Shown one piece after another: positions 25,811 to 39,726 of a DNA stretch of 64,000 nucleotides (position 1 is its first letter; the number at the start of each line of letters is the position of its first letter). This DNA comes from the human T2T-CHM13v2.0 reference genome, Homo sapiens. The notes below the pieces were generated by a model. It ran no database searches and was not told the DNA's origin. It was given only the letters and a program-made list of their open reading frames with translations. The stretch lies in assembly GCF_009914755.1 (NCBI RefSeq), contig NC_060929.1; one strand, written 5' to 3'. The translations under genes and the position numbers were made by a program.

Positions 25811-27699
25811 TATAAATATATGTGTATGTACATATGTATGTACATGTGTATACATACTTGGAAATAAGTATGTATTTGAACTAAAAATGGGATAATGTTA
25901 ACTTTTGTTAAATTTGAGTATTATATCATTCTCTGTGTATGATTACAATATTTTTGTAATTTAATAAAACAGTATATTGTGAACTCCAGGGATGGAATGA
26001 AATAATCTTTGTATTTGTTTTTGCTTCTTAAATATTCAGTAGGGGTGAGGAAGGATAGAGTATTTTAAGGTGTCAGCCTAAATTTTTCCAGTTAACACTG
26101 ACACTATATATTTAGTTTTTGTGTATGACTCAAAAACACTAAATCCGTGAATGCAAAGTAACCGATGATTAGCCAACTTCTGAATATTTTTAAACAATTC
26201 TGCTACCCCAGAGTATTGTAACTTTAGGTCAAGCAGAAACTAATAACAGGACTGTTTAAAATCAAATATCTTTATTTTTACTTTTTGTATTTCACATGAC
26301 CTCTTTTTATTATCATTTTTTATTATTACTACAGCCATATAACTAACATTAAGTCATTCATTTTAAAGAAGACTTTGCCATCTGCTAGCCGAATTCATTT
26401 TGTATTACTTGTTTTCAAATTTCTACATTTCTGCTGCATCTGGCACAAAATAAATATGGCAAAAAAACATGAAATAACAATTTAAGCTACAATATTTCAT
26501 AATTTATATAACAAAATTAGGTTTTCCAAAATGGCAGATAGACCTGCTCCGGTATAGAAACTATATATAATTAAGTTATCTCCCATCAATGCTATCATGT
26601 TCTTAAGTTTTACCAAAAAAAATCTAACACATGTGATTTAAAGATTTCTTAAAACTATGAATAACAGTATCAAAATTTGATGAAACTAATTAAAAAATAT
26701 TTATTGGCTTCCCAATATGTTCTTCCACTCCCTCCCAGCTTTTCTTATATGGCATAATGCCTAGGTCAGAGCTAGATCTTCAACAAATTTTATTTTGCTC
26801 TTATTTTTCCATTACTGAATGAGGCCAAAATTAATATATCAATTAATAACTTAAAATTAATAGATCTATATTTCATATTAATTTGAAACTCAAATGTAAG
26901 GGCTCTAAGCATTTCATTAAATAGCCTCTTTCTATTTCCTCAATTATTCCATGGCAAATCTCTCCAATTTCTCCTCCCAGGCTTTCCTGAATACTCCTGT
27001 CTTTGTTGAGAATTTTGGCTGTTGTCTGTAAATATTTCCTCCTTTTTCTGAGATTTCTAACTCATATTTAAGGGCATAGCATGAGGATCACATATTTTTG
27101 TAACTCCTTCCCTGGCATTCTCTTTGTAGTAGAGTTGACTTCTTTTTATATCTCTAGAATAAGATTAATAGTAATTTCGTGTATAATAATAATTTTATTG
27201 AGTGCTTATTCATCACTAGGAAGTGAAATAAGTATTCACATGATTTATCTACTCATCCTCTGAGTTAGTTTCTATTACTGTACAGTGTTACAATTCAGGG
27301 AGCCTCAAAGAAGCTATGTGACTTTTTCAAGGGCTTGTAGGTGACAGAATAAAGATTTTCCACTCAATCTATCTGATGCATGTTTGGCCACTGTGCTGAA
27401 TTGTTCAGGTTGGACCCTACAAAAGGGCTCCTGGTAGATGGGGCACAAGTGGAAGCCAAGCCTCAGTCTGTATTCTGTTTCCCAAATTGTACACTCTTGA
27501 GTGGCTGCAACAGCAGCCCGGAGGAAAGAGATTCATTTTTCTCATGGGTCTCCCCCAGTGGAGGTACTTTTTTGTAACTTATTTGCTCGAGTGAAAAGCC
27601 TTTTTATAATTGCTTTGAAGGAACCATATGAACTAGTATGGGTTTTAGTCAGGTTCTAGAACCTTTGCTCCCAACGATCAGTTTATAGTCTCTTTAGTA

Positions 27700-27900
27700 T
27701 ATCCTTCCACTATAGTACGTATCGCATTGGGTTTGCAGTAATCTGTTTACAAATGCTTGTCCGCTGCTAGATTTCGTGCTCCTTGAGTGCTCCAATCATG
27801 TTTCTGTAATCTTTGCATTTTTAAAACTTACTGCAAAGTCTGTGTATATTAGGTATTGAGGAACATGCTTATTAATTAGATAGGTCGACGGATGAAATGA
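27700..27900 (+). mobile_element. L2 3' end fragment
   Basis: ctagatttcgtgctccttgag...taggtattgaggaacatgcttattaattaga; degenerate. Confidence 0.45.
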
Positions 27901-29477
27901 AAGAGATTGGATCAGGAACAGAAGTTGAAGTTTGTTTTTAAAATATAGCAAGATCAATTTTTCTTCATAAACAGCAAGGAAAAATTACGTGTAAATAGCC
28001 AAAGAAATGTTTGAGTGAAGAAAAAGATCTCCTGAGACCAAAGTTTTAAGGTGGAGTATTAAGAACTTCATGTTATACTCCATGGCACTGTGAATTTGGC
28101 AGCATTGTGCAATACAAACTTTGTCAGGAAAAGATAAAACTTAATGAGAATGACTTTAATGCCTTTTCAGTAATGCACAATGGGGGAAAGGTCCCCAGAT
28201 TCAAAGAGTAGTAATGAGAACCAAAAACTCAGGGACAATCTGACAGGTGGGAGGACAGGGACTTTCTTTTTTTTTTTTTTTTTTTCACTGTTCATTCAAT
28301 CTGAGTTTAAATCAAGATAAAGAGCATGGAAGTGACAGCCAATGGCAGCATACAGGAATAGGAATGGGTTAACACAGCCAGGTAAGAAATGGATAGATAA
28401 GGATCTAGGGGCAAGTAGAGGAAACTAGTAGAATATAAAGTCTGATGCCAATTTGCCAAGTAAGCGTCAGAATCAGGAGACTAAGAAGGGGTATAGTTTA
28501 GATTCTCTTGCTAGGGCTGGAAAGGTAGTCTATGCAAATCTGAACTCAGCATTGACTTAAGAGGCCAGGCCAGAGGAACAATGGACACAGGGTAAGAAAG
28601 GGAGGCTAAGTCAGGGCAGTTGGTTCAGAGCGTCTTAGGAAACAGGAAGTTAAGAATGTCTGATTAAATTTCAGGGACCCAAGAGTGAAAAAAGTCAGAA
28701 GAGATGCTACGGAAAGTTGCAGAAATGAGACAAGTCGAGCAAGGCATACTATATGGAGTATGTGTAAAATAGAATACAGTGTGTGTGAAAGTGAGGTTGT
28801 GGGATAGGGAATATAAGGGGTTCTGGAAATATCTGGCAAAAAACAACAGGTAAAGCTCTAAGTACACAGACTCTCTATATCATAGAGCAGAGACCTGGGC
28901 ATAAGAGTATGTCTTGCCAGTAGTTGGATTCTTTTCTCAGCAAACACTGGTGAGGTTAAATTTGGGAAATGGTGGAATATCATCCGGGGAATCAACTGGA
29001 AAACCAAGTAGGATTGTGGTCCAAAGAAACAAATCAATAGTGCAGCAATTAAAAGCTACATACGGTGACAAAGAGAAACAGCAGTTCTAATAATGCTTGG
29101 CTCAGAGTTTATATGGCAGGGCTTTAAATGTCCACTGTCTAGGACTCTGGGAGGTGAACCTGAAAGTATGCATGAAGTACCCTCAGCATTGGAGCTGGAA
29201 GTTTGCAGAGCAGGAAGCCAGGCAGATCATTATGTTGAATTCTATCTATGTGAACCAAGATCTGAGGGTCCCGAAAGACAGGGTGCACGGGATGTCGTCT
29301 GCTTCACCACTGTTCCTGGCATAAAATACAATCCATTCACACTCAGCTCTGCCTAGGACAGCTTAGGTGTTTTGTTGAAGGAGAGGGGGAATGCAGAGCT
29401 TACTTTCATGTATAATACATTATAGCATTAAGCCAGGTATGCTACATGCATGCACACACACGTATGCAAACATACAC

Positions 29478-29502
29478 CACACACACACACACACACACAC
29501 AC
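29478..29502. repeat. (CA)n microsatellite
   Basis: Direct observation. Confidence 0.9.
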
Positions 29503-31069
29503 CCCATAAACATGCACGCTGAACAAGCATGATATGATTTCTACAATTTTTAAATTTCCTCGATTCTCTTTTCAAACACTCCCTGGATTCCTTCTTTTTC
29601 CCATTCCAGCCTAAATAAAAGGAAAAATGTAGGAGAATGGAGAAGACTTTTTCTGCTTGGTGCCTCTAGATTCTTTTTCATGCTAATCGTATGCTATATT
29701 TCCTTGCAAATTGATTACACCAGAGGAAAAAAATCACAAATAAGTATAATTAAAACTGCTCATGATCAATATGAGGCATTGCACTAGATTTCTGTTCTAG
29801 CATAATGATTTCTCTAGTTTAGCAAGTCTTGGTGAGGCATAACTGCTGGAAAAAAAATGTATATTTTTGTATCAAATTTTGTTTGGACAAATTTTTTTAA
29901 AGACTCTAATTCTTTTCTTTGCTCTTGCTTATAAATATGAAGTGTTTACACTTAATATTTTTTGGTGACAGAATTTAATTGAATTGAATTGTGGTGTCTG
30001 TATGTTGGTGCAGTGCTTGGAAAGCTGTGGGAAATGGGTGCTGTTTGTATACTAGAGTAACAAATAGGGCCAAACACCCTCTGTTCTAAAATTTCTTGCT
30101 TATCTCTGTTCCTGAAATCAAATTTGGGTACAAAGAAGAAAAATTCACAACTTACCTTTGTAAAATAAGTAAATTGGCCTTGATTTTATGTCTGTCTGAA
30201 CTCTCTTGTTGATTGTTTTATTCATTTTGCCTAGCACCAGCTATACTAGGTAAACTTATTTTTAATAGGTAAAATATATAATTACCTATATATAATTTTA
30301 ATAGGTAAAATATAAAATAATAGGTAAAAATATTTTTAAATTCACTATTTTTATTTACACAATTTTAAATCTGCTTTTCATAGTTGTGTGAATAGGTTTG
30401 TATTGTTATTTCATATATCAAGTTCCAACTTGCTTTGGGTCATTCTGATGTTGGAATTCATGCATTTTTTACTTTAAAGGTTTACAGTGAAACATAAAAT
30501 TTCCTATTACGAAGTACAGGGCTGCAATGTAGAACACAAAAATAAAACCTGAAAAACAAGGTTAATTCTTACTGGGAAAAGTGAAGGAGTGGTTAAATAT
30601 CTTGATTTAGAAATAAGCATGTATACAAAGTGTTCAGCACCACTTTTTTTAATCTAATAAATAAAAAGGATATAATTAACAAACCACTTCAACAATAAAA
30701 GTTAAAGCAATAGCTAGTTTAAAAGAGCGCAGTCATCAAGCAATCCCCAATACTTGCAAAATTTCTTAAACTCTTGCATATTGATAAAATTCCAAATAAC
30801 CAAGATGTAGTTTATATTACCAAGTGTCTTCCATCATATGCTTTATGGTGTAGAACTAAAACTAGCAGATATAGATATAAACTTGAATTTGTTATGCATT
30901 AGCTTGGTGACCTTAAATTAACTAACTTTCCTGAACTTCAGTTCTAAAATGAGAGGCATTACTTAGAAGAGTTTTGAGGCTCTTTTCCATTTGAAAATCT
31001 TGGCACTTCATTATGCTGCATGTTAATTGGTAGCAACTATCTCTGTTTACTCCGTTTTTATACTGTATT

Positions 31070-31520
31070 TATCCAAGCATCAATCCAATATTTATTGAGT
31101 GTCTACTCTGTGCTAGGCACTCGGGTTACTAAAATTCCCTTGTGGGGTCTGAGTATAGTGGGACAAGCAGACTTGTGTATATATATATTGTAGCACAGAG
31201 GTGGGTCCCCTGCAGGCGTAAGAACAAAATACCTGTAGAAGGGACAGCCAGCAGAGTCCAGGTGAACCTGAACATTGAAGGATTAGTAGGAGTTAGACAG
31301 TGGAGAAAAGAGGAAAGGGCATTCTAGACCAGGAGAAGTGCACTTGCAAATGTGAAATATCTTGAAGGGGCTTTATGGTTTGGAAAAGGAGAATTTCCAT
31401 GTGGCTGGAGCACACAAGAGAATAACCATGGGAGCAGGAGGCTGGAATGGAAGGTTTGAGTGAATTTGGGAAGGGACTTTCTTAGTAACGAGCCATGATC
31501 AGGAAGCTAAGAAAGTTACA
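31070..31520 (-). mobile_element. L2 fragment
   Basis: caatatttattgagtgtctactctgtgctaggcact (reverse L2 3' end) followed by purine-rich L2 body. Confidence 0.65.
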
Positions 31521-32379
31521 GTCTAAGGAATGGAGATTTTAACTTAAATGTGCCATATTAAAAATAAAGGTAATTAGGTTTTCACCATGTACTCCACTTG
31601 AGCAAATCCTTTAACCTCTCTGGACTTTAGGTTCTCTGTAAAATGTGATCATTAGACTTTCCCAGGCCTTCCCTCTAGCACCATGCTTCTGTTTTTCAGT
31701 CTTCTTATGTTTATCTCTAAAACTGCAGTTTCTGGTTATAAATTGCTGTGCAGGCTACTCCATTTGCAAATAGCTTGGTTTCTCCTTGTTTCAACCTCAA
31801 ATAACATAAAAGTCTATTACCAATACATAATTTGTGAGTCTGAAAGAATGCATTCTGGTAACATTTTATAACTTTTTAAAAAGTGGCATGCCTTCATATG
31901 GTATAATGTAAATTTAAATATTTTGATTTAGCCAGACTACCAAATAGTGTTCTATCTTTAATTTCTGGTGACATTAGTATGCTGACTTTTTAATGTTTAC
32001 TATTTGTCAAAATATGTAGCCAATTTTTCACCAGCAGGAGAAATCTCCTACATCACCTTTTAGGTGTGCTAGAAAATGCAGCTGCTAAAAATCAATTTTC
32101 CATTTCTGAAAAGTGCAGATCCTTGTGTATCTGCGGCTTATATTTCAAACAGCATTTGCTGCTTACAGCTTAATCTTTTAAATGGTCACTGCAACTTTGC
32201 CTCATTATCCATATATATGTCCATTATATGCAGACTCATCATTTGTGTCCAAACCTCTGTATCTTTGCTATAGTCTCTGAGGAGGTATAGTTACATATTC
32301 AACAGAGACTGAGAAAGATAATGTAAAAATTCTTTTTCACATTTCTTTGGGTTAGAAAATCATTTTGCAGCTGATAGGG

Positions 32380-32397
32380 TGTGTGTGTGTGTGTGTG

Positions 32398-32431
<34 letters not shown>
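32380..32431. repeat. (TG)n(TA)n compound microsatellite
   Basis: Direct observation. Confidence 0.93.
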
Positions 32432-32432
<1 letters not shown>

Positions 32433-34182
32433 CTTAATAGTTTATTTTTAGAAGTCTCAACATTAGTTATTATATCAATCAATGTCTACTAGAAAGCAAA
32501 ATGGAACCTGAGCTGAGGCATCCAACGGGAGTACAGTTAATGTCTCTTAGATATGGAATCGTTTTCTGACTACACAGGATGTACTTGTCTGTACTTGCCT
32601 TTTCCCATTGCAAATAACCTTCCATTTCAAATCCACACTAAAATTGATCATAAAGGTAGCTTTGTAAGTTCTTTCTCATAACATAACGTGAAAAGTAACT
32701 TGACAGCATTAAGGCAGCCAAAATCAACACATCTGTGTGCTGACATTTCAAGTGATTTATGTGCTTATCAGACTGCTCAATACAATAATGCATAATTACA
32801 AAATCTACTGACACATAAAAGAAAACTAATCATACTTTTGTGATTCAGGCAACTTCTTTTTGAAAGACAAATGCAAGTCAGTTTTATATTTATTAAATGT
32901 AAATACATTTTCATTTGAAATTTTAAAAATAATTAAAATTTTGCTTCCATAAGTGCTAGAGGAAAACAGTCCTCCTTTCATGCTTTTCTCTATATTTGGT
33001 GTTTGTCCCATTTTGCACAAAGCTCATCTGTTCTAGCCAGGAATGGAGTGGAAGAGCTCTCTCTGTAGAGCTGGCACAGGTAGATTCAATGGTTTCTTAG
33101 TCATTTATTGCCTGGGTATTCCTGGAAAATCCTGTGCCCTCTCTGAGCTGTTTCTTCTACTGTAAAGTAGCCTTCATAACAACTGCCCCTGACCTCCTTA
33201 TACAACTGCTTGCAGTGTCAAATGAGAGCGGTATGAAAATACTTCTGTACAGGTGAAATGCTACACTAAAATATATTTTAAATTAATTTTCCTTTATATC
33301 TAGTCAAAACATGTTTGTTCCTAAAGAGCAACATAAGCCAAGTCTCCTGGAAATAAAATGATACCATTACAAATCTCAATACAAAAATGCAATAAAGAGT
33401 AATAAGCCGTTATATAATGGCCAATAAGGATAACATTTCTCAATCCCAGACCAAGAACAAGTACCACTACTTGTAGAATTGCTCAACCTTTCAGTTCTTT
33501 AACACTCTGAAAAGTAGTATTTTTACACCATTGAAAGATGATTTTTAAGGAAAAACAAAATCAAATATTAAGTTTTTTGTTGGCAAAGTTATAAAGTAAA
33601 TTTCTGATTGTTTACTTTAGCTTTCATGTAGTTCAGGATAATTGAATAAATCCCTAGAAGTGGAATCATGGTTCCTCAGAAATGTAAACTCTGGGAACTA
33701 AGCCTATGGCAAAATATAATTCCTGCTTCATTTTAATAAATGCTGAACAAAGAGAAATAGCCACTCCTCCCTATCTGCTCTTCCATGTAAAAGAAAAGAT
33801 TCATCCCATTAGATAAAGGTCTGGAATCTCCCTGATGTCTTATTGTCCCCTGCCCCCACCCCCATGAGCTAAGGCTACTTCTCTTCCCAATGTCCAAATG
33901 TGAGGCTTTGCTATCAGTGCTACACAACAGAGAAGGCTCCCAGATAGCAGAGATAGTTTGTCCAGGAGAATGTTGTGATTTTCGCTTTGCTGGTTCTGTC
34001 TCAAAATATGCATTGCTCCTTATCTCCTGGGAAGTGAATATGGAGTATCCCTGATGGTTCCTTTGGGTCTTTGTAGAATGCATCATTTGAATGAAAGGGG
34101 ACAAAGACTGAGGAGAATACAGGATGGCTAAAGGGATAAGTAAATATTGTAAGAGATATTTGACTAAAGTATGGACTTTAGG

Positions 34183-34742
34183 TGTGGTGGACAGAGATTG
34201 AGGTGGCTCCCATGATCTCCACTTGCCTGGTATTCTCGTACTTGTATATTCGCCTTTCCTGAATGCAGGTGAGACCTGTGATTTGCTTCTAACCAACAGG
34301 GAATAGCAAAGATTAGAGATGTCATTCCCTTGATCATGTTATTAAGCCTCCATCTGAGCAGACTGGAGCTAGAGTTTCTCCTAGCTGGCTTGATACAGTC
34401 AGTGACCATGTTGAGAAGCTACATGGCAAAGAACTGTGAGTGACCTCTAGGTCTTGAGGGGTAGCATCCAGCTGGCAACTAGCAAAAGGGCTGGGCTGCT
34501 CTCACACAGAAACAAATAAATAAATTTTGCCAACACTTGAATGTGCTTGGAAGCAGATTTTTCCCTGTGCAATCTTCCAGATGAGAATACAGCCCAGTCA
34601 ACAACTTAATTGCAACCTTCTGAGGCCCTGAGCAGAGAACCCAATAAAGCCAGGTCTGGACTCCTGAGTCACAGAAACTGTGATACATAGGTATTCTTTT
34701 AATTTGTAATAATTTGTTATGCAGCATTAGAAAACTAACAAA
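34183..34742 (+). mobile_element. MLT1 (MLT1E/F-like) MaLR solo LTR
   Basis: Begins tgtggtggacag...catgatctcc...ctggtattc; contains ccagatgagaatacagcccag; ends ttgttatgcagcattagaaaactaaca, typical MLT1 termini. Confidence 0.82.
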
Positions 34743-34744
34743 CC

Positions 34745-35065
<321 letters not shown>

Positions 35066-35081
35066 TTACAAGTGGAAGTCA

Positions 35082-35476
<395 letters not shown>

Positions 35477-36557
35477 TTAAGTGCAGAGCACAGGGCAACA
35501 TGAGGAATGGATAGTGTAAGAGTTTTTGCATTATTTACAAAATGTAAAGGACTGTATTTGTCAATGAAAGGTGAAGCACACTGCTGTACAGCAATATCTT
35601 TAGGGTACAAAGTAATTTCAAGTTATGCTGTACTTTTTAGATCCTGAAACTTTTCTTCCTATTAAACATGTATATTCTTTGCTTCTTAACTGTTTATCCC
35701 TGTACTGCATGTTTCATTTTCACAGCTTTGTTTAGAATCCCTACATCAACTGGCCCGTTCCCACATCTTTTCCTTACCTGGTTGAACTGCAAGAAACTCT
35801 TTTTTTCCAACAACATAAATAGTAAGATCTGACATTGTAAAAGTCCTCTTTTATAAAGAGGAAGCATATAATGAAATAGTTAAATCTTTTTTAATTAGAA
35901 TAAGCTAGATGTACTTTCTGGTAACCAATCACTCTATCTTACTGATTCTGCCTCATCGATTCACCATCTACTTCCAAACTTCATCCAACAACATGTTTTC
36001 TTTCTATGATCACACCTCTTACTTTCTCACTTTTATTCAATTCCACATGAACTTTTTGAAAGTTAACACATTCATTTCCTCAACACTGTACCCACAATCT
36101 TACTCGCTAGGCCATTCATTGCAAATTAGTCTTGGCCATAATTTAAGCAGCATAGAGAACATAGTAAGTATCGTGGCGACTTGGTACTGATGGCATTGGG
36201 GAGCCAGGGGAAACATTGTGGTTGTATGTAATCACTCACCATTAGAAAGAGCATCTTTTAGGTTTTGGCAGGATGTTGACATATCCATGGACTACATGCC
36301 ACCCTTATCACAGGCCGACCGCGGAATTTCCTTCCTACCGTTTTTCCTCCTGCTACCTTGGTGAGAGGCACCTATCTCCCTAAAGCTCCCCTGGCAGAAT
36401 GTGAATATACTCAGATCCTCTGTCTTGATGAACCTATTTGCCGTCTACGTTTGGTAGATTTGTGGATTCAGATAATTTCAATGTTATGCCCTGGAATCAA
36501 TCAGTTGGCCACTGGAGGTTTCAAACCTCAGTATGTGCTGCACATACTGATGTGGTT

Positions 36558-36641
36558 AGATATTCTTCTTAAATTCTAAACCAGTGGTATTCAAGAATGC
36601 CTTAGTTATGGCCCATTTTTGTAAACATACATCATCTTCCA
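36558..36641 (+). repeat. Copy 1 of an 84-bp dispersed direct repeat
   Basis: Ungapped match to 38193-38276, 74/84 identical by manual alignment. Confidence 0.9.
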
Positions 36642-37711
36642 GTGATTCAATCATGCAAGAACAATAATGGATATTAAGAGCTATTGTCACTGTGCTACAT
36701 TTCCAGGTGGAATTCCCACAATGGACTATAAAACCACTTAAAGGTAGACAGTGTAACTCTATTGTAGTTCATAATGGTGAAGAATTGAAAGAGTATAACA
36801 ATTGTGTTCAAAAGTCTATTTCATGAACTCTTTAGATTAAAAATCTATGTTCAATCCACAGACAACAATAAAGAAAATACTGATCCAGCAATTATCAGGT
36901 TGATTTAGACAATATACTTCATGGATCTTTGTAACTAAAACTAAATACTCCCTTAATTTTCAAAAGCAGCTATATAATACATGGCCTACTACAATTACGT
37001 CAATGAATGGTTCAAAATATTGCTGTATAGATACTAATTAACAAAGCAGCGAGGAAGAGAAGAAGGCAAGCAAATAAACAGTTGGAAACAAAATCTTTAC
37101 AAGCACCAATGGTTTAAATTATGCTTATTATCATATTATTAAAATTGTGTTCATAGTCAATTCCAGCTTTAAGTTACCGTATCAGTGAAAACACTGAGAT
37201 ATTTACAATGAGATATCTGCATATATTTCAATATTTCACTATTTCAAACTAATCACAGCACGAAGTAATGAAAGACATTTTATGTAAATCTATTAATTTT
37301 AATGTTATAGAAATATCATTGTAAACTAGTATATTATTATAATGTATTATAGTCTGAGAGTTATGGCCATAGAGTTATTTTTATATACTCTATTTAAAAA
37401 TATTAAAAATATTTTTAAATCTTTTTATTAATTAAAGACTTTAGTTTTATCTTCTGGATAAGTAATATGAAGCTACAATGTTTTAAATTTTTGGTTCAGA
37501 TTTAGTGCCTATCCAAGATACTGCTGAAGTACCTGTGGAAGTACAAGTTGCTATTGAGGAAGATTCAACTTACCTAAATAAGAGAAAATCTTAAAATAGT
37601 CAATACGAAACATTAGAATAAATAATTCCAGCAAGGAAGGAATAAAAGAGCCTAATTAGTAATAAACTGCACTTTAAACAAAACCTTAATTATTGTAAGG
37701 CAATATTTCTT

Positions 37712-37875
37712 TATTTTATTTATTTATTGAGACAGGGTCTTGCTCTGTCATCCAGGATAGTGTACAGCTGCCCAAACACAGCTCACTGCACCCTCGACCT
37801 CCTCGGCTCAGTTGATCATCCTACCTCAGCCTCCTGAGTAGCTGGGATTACAGACAAAAGCCACTGTGCCTGGCC
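37712..37875 (-). mobile_element. Free Alu monomer (FRAM-like) with perfect 15-bp TSD
   Basis: A single right-arm-like unit of ~164 bp including tail; aaggcaatatttctt at 37697-37711 and 37876-37890. Confidence 0.88.
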
Positions 37876-38192
37876 AAGGCAATATTTCTTGACTTTATAA
37901 AAGGCATGCTCCCTTTGTTGAATATAGAGATTGTACACCCTTCATATTATTTAGAAATGTAAATAAATCTCATGACTTAAAAAATCAAAGTATTTGACAA
38001 AGTGATATTTTATTTATAAACCACACATATTTTCTTCCATTCTCCATTAAAATAAGAAGCCCTTGGGGTGCACCATATTCCCTATCTGCATCCTTACCTT
38101 TGCTCTATAAATGACAGCCTTTAATCACATCAAGGAAAGATTGAATAGAATTTTAGAGAATAGCTACTGAATCTCTTGGTCTCCCTACCACA

Positions 38193-38276
38193 AGATACCC
38201 TTCTTAAATTCTAAACCGGTGGTATTTGAGAATGCTTTAGTTATGGCCTGTTTTTGTAAACACAGATCATCTTCCA
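38193..38276 (+). repeat. Copy 2 of the 84-bp dispersed direct repeat
   Basis: Matches 36558-36641 at an offset of 1635 bp. Confidence 0.9.
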
Positions 38277-39676
38277 AGGAATTTAAATGTGTAAAATAGT
38301 GAGAGCTGACCACTCAGACTGACTGATAAGGGAGTGAGTGTGTTCCAAATTCATTTGTTGAGTCTTCCTCTCTGCCCTCCCTAGCACCCACTCTGTATAC
38401 CCAGGTCTTCCAAGGCAATCCTAAGCCTCTGAGAAATATAACTGGGAAACAACCAATTTAAAATATGTTACCAATTCTACTGTTGCTTATATTACACCCA
38501 CCTTCTTATCCTGCTTCATTTTTTGGCCACTGTGGTCCCTAATGCTTTCCACAACTATGTGCAGTGCTCTTAAGGGGAATGTCTTAGTAGTATGCTCCAA
38601 CATGGTTATGTTAAACGGTCATTGAAAACCTTGCAATTGTTTATATTTCTCCATTGTTTTTGTGTACATAGGCATTTTACGCTTCCTTTATGATGCAAAC
38701 AGTTCTAAGATCCTCCCATAAAGCTAGGGTTATGAAACTTAATTTATAAGGTACTTTCAGATAACTATACTCTGTTTCAATAATTACTATATGTTATTCC
38801 TCTATCCTCAGTAGACTAAGTTAAATAGAAGAGATTTTGATTACTTTATCAAGTTACTTTTTGGAAGAGGATTTAAAACCAAACTTACAGAAATCCAATG
38901 GGAACAATTTCACAAGGCTTTTTTTTTTTCATTTCAATTATTCTACCAATTTAGGCTACTATGTAAAGGTTTTTATTTAGCAAAAAAAAAAATTGCTTTT
39001 TCAAAAATCTATTTTTTCTCTAAACTCAGGCAACAAAAATAAGTTGCATTAAAATCACTCATTTAATAAGCTGTTTTTCCTATAATGGCTGAACAAGAGA
39101 AAGATCTGAATAAAAGATGTAAGATGTATAGTTTGGTAATTGTTACAGATTCTCTTTTTGGCTGGCATTTTATCAGAGAGAAACACTGTTTACCAACACC
39201 ACATTGCTTAGTTCTTTCCAAATTACTTCTTGCCTGGAGAGAAAACATGGATATACTAGGTGTATTTCCACCTAAATTATGTGCACAGAAAAACATTCTT
39301 CAGTTTGTTTTTTAAGGAAACTTGTTTCCCATTGGAATTGCTTGATCAAAATTAAGATAAATTAGAAAATATCATTATGTGCCAGGGTTTTTATTCTGCA
39401 AATTCTAACTTCTTAGCTTATCTCCTTTTTATTTCTTTCTTCCTCATATATATTTCAATAGACAAACAGTATGTGAAAAATGCTCTTTTCCATTGTAAGA
39501 GCAATTATGATTAAATACATATGTGTGTAGTGTGTATAAATTTTGTGTATTTTCCCTTCCTTTATAGCAGCAGTTTTACTTATCTGTTTTTTGTAAAAGA
39601 CTTAATGACAAATTAAGGTTTTAAGAATTCAGTGACACTTGAAAAAACATTTTTATTTAATTCCCGAAAGCAGTAT

Positions 39677-39687
39677 ACACACGCACA

Positions 39688-39725
<38 letters not shown>
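39677..39725. repeat. (CA)n microsatellite (interrupted)
   Basis: Direct observation. Confidence 0.92.

Positions 39726-39726
<1 letters not shown>

Noticed and set aside
33733-34296. 187-aa minus-strand ORF (longest in the track)
   Set aside because: Begins inside the MLT1 LTR with a non-ATG start, has no recognisable domain and no splice support; likely a chance ORF.
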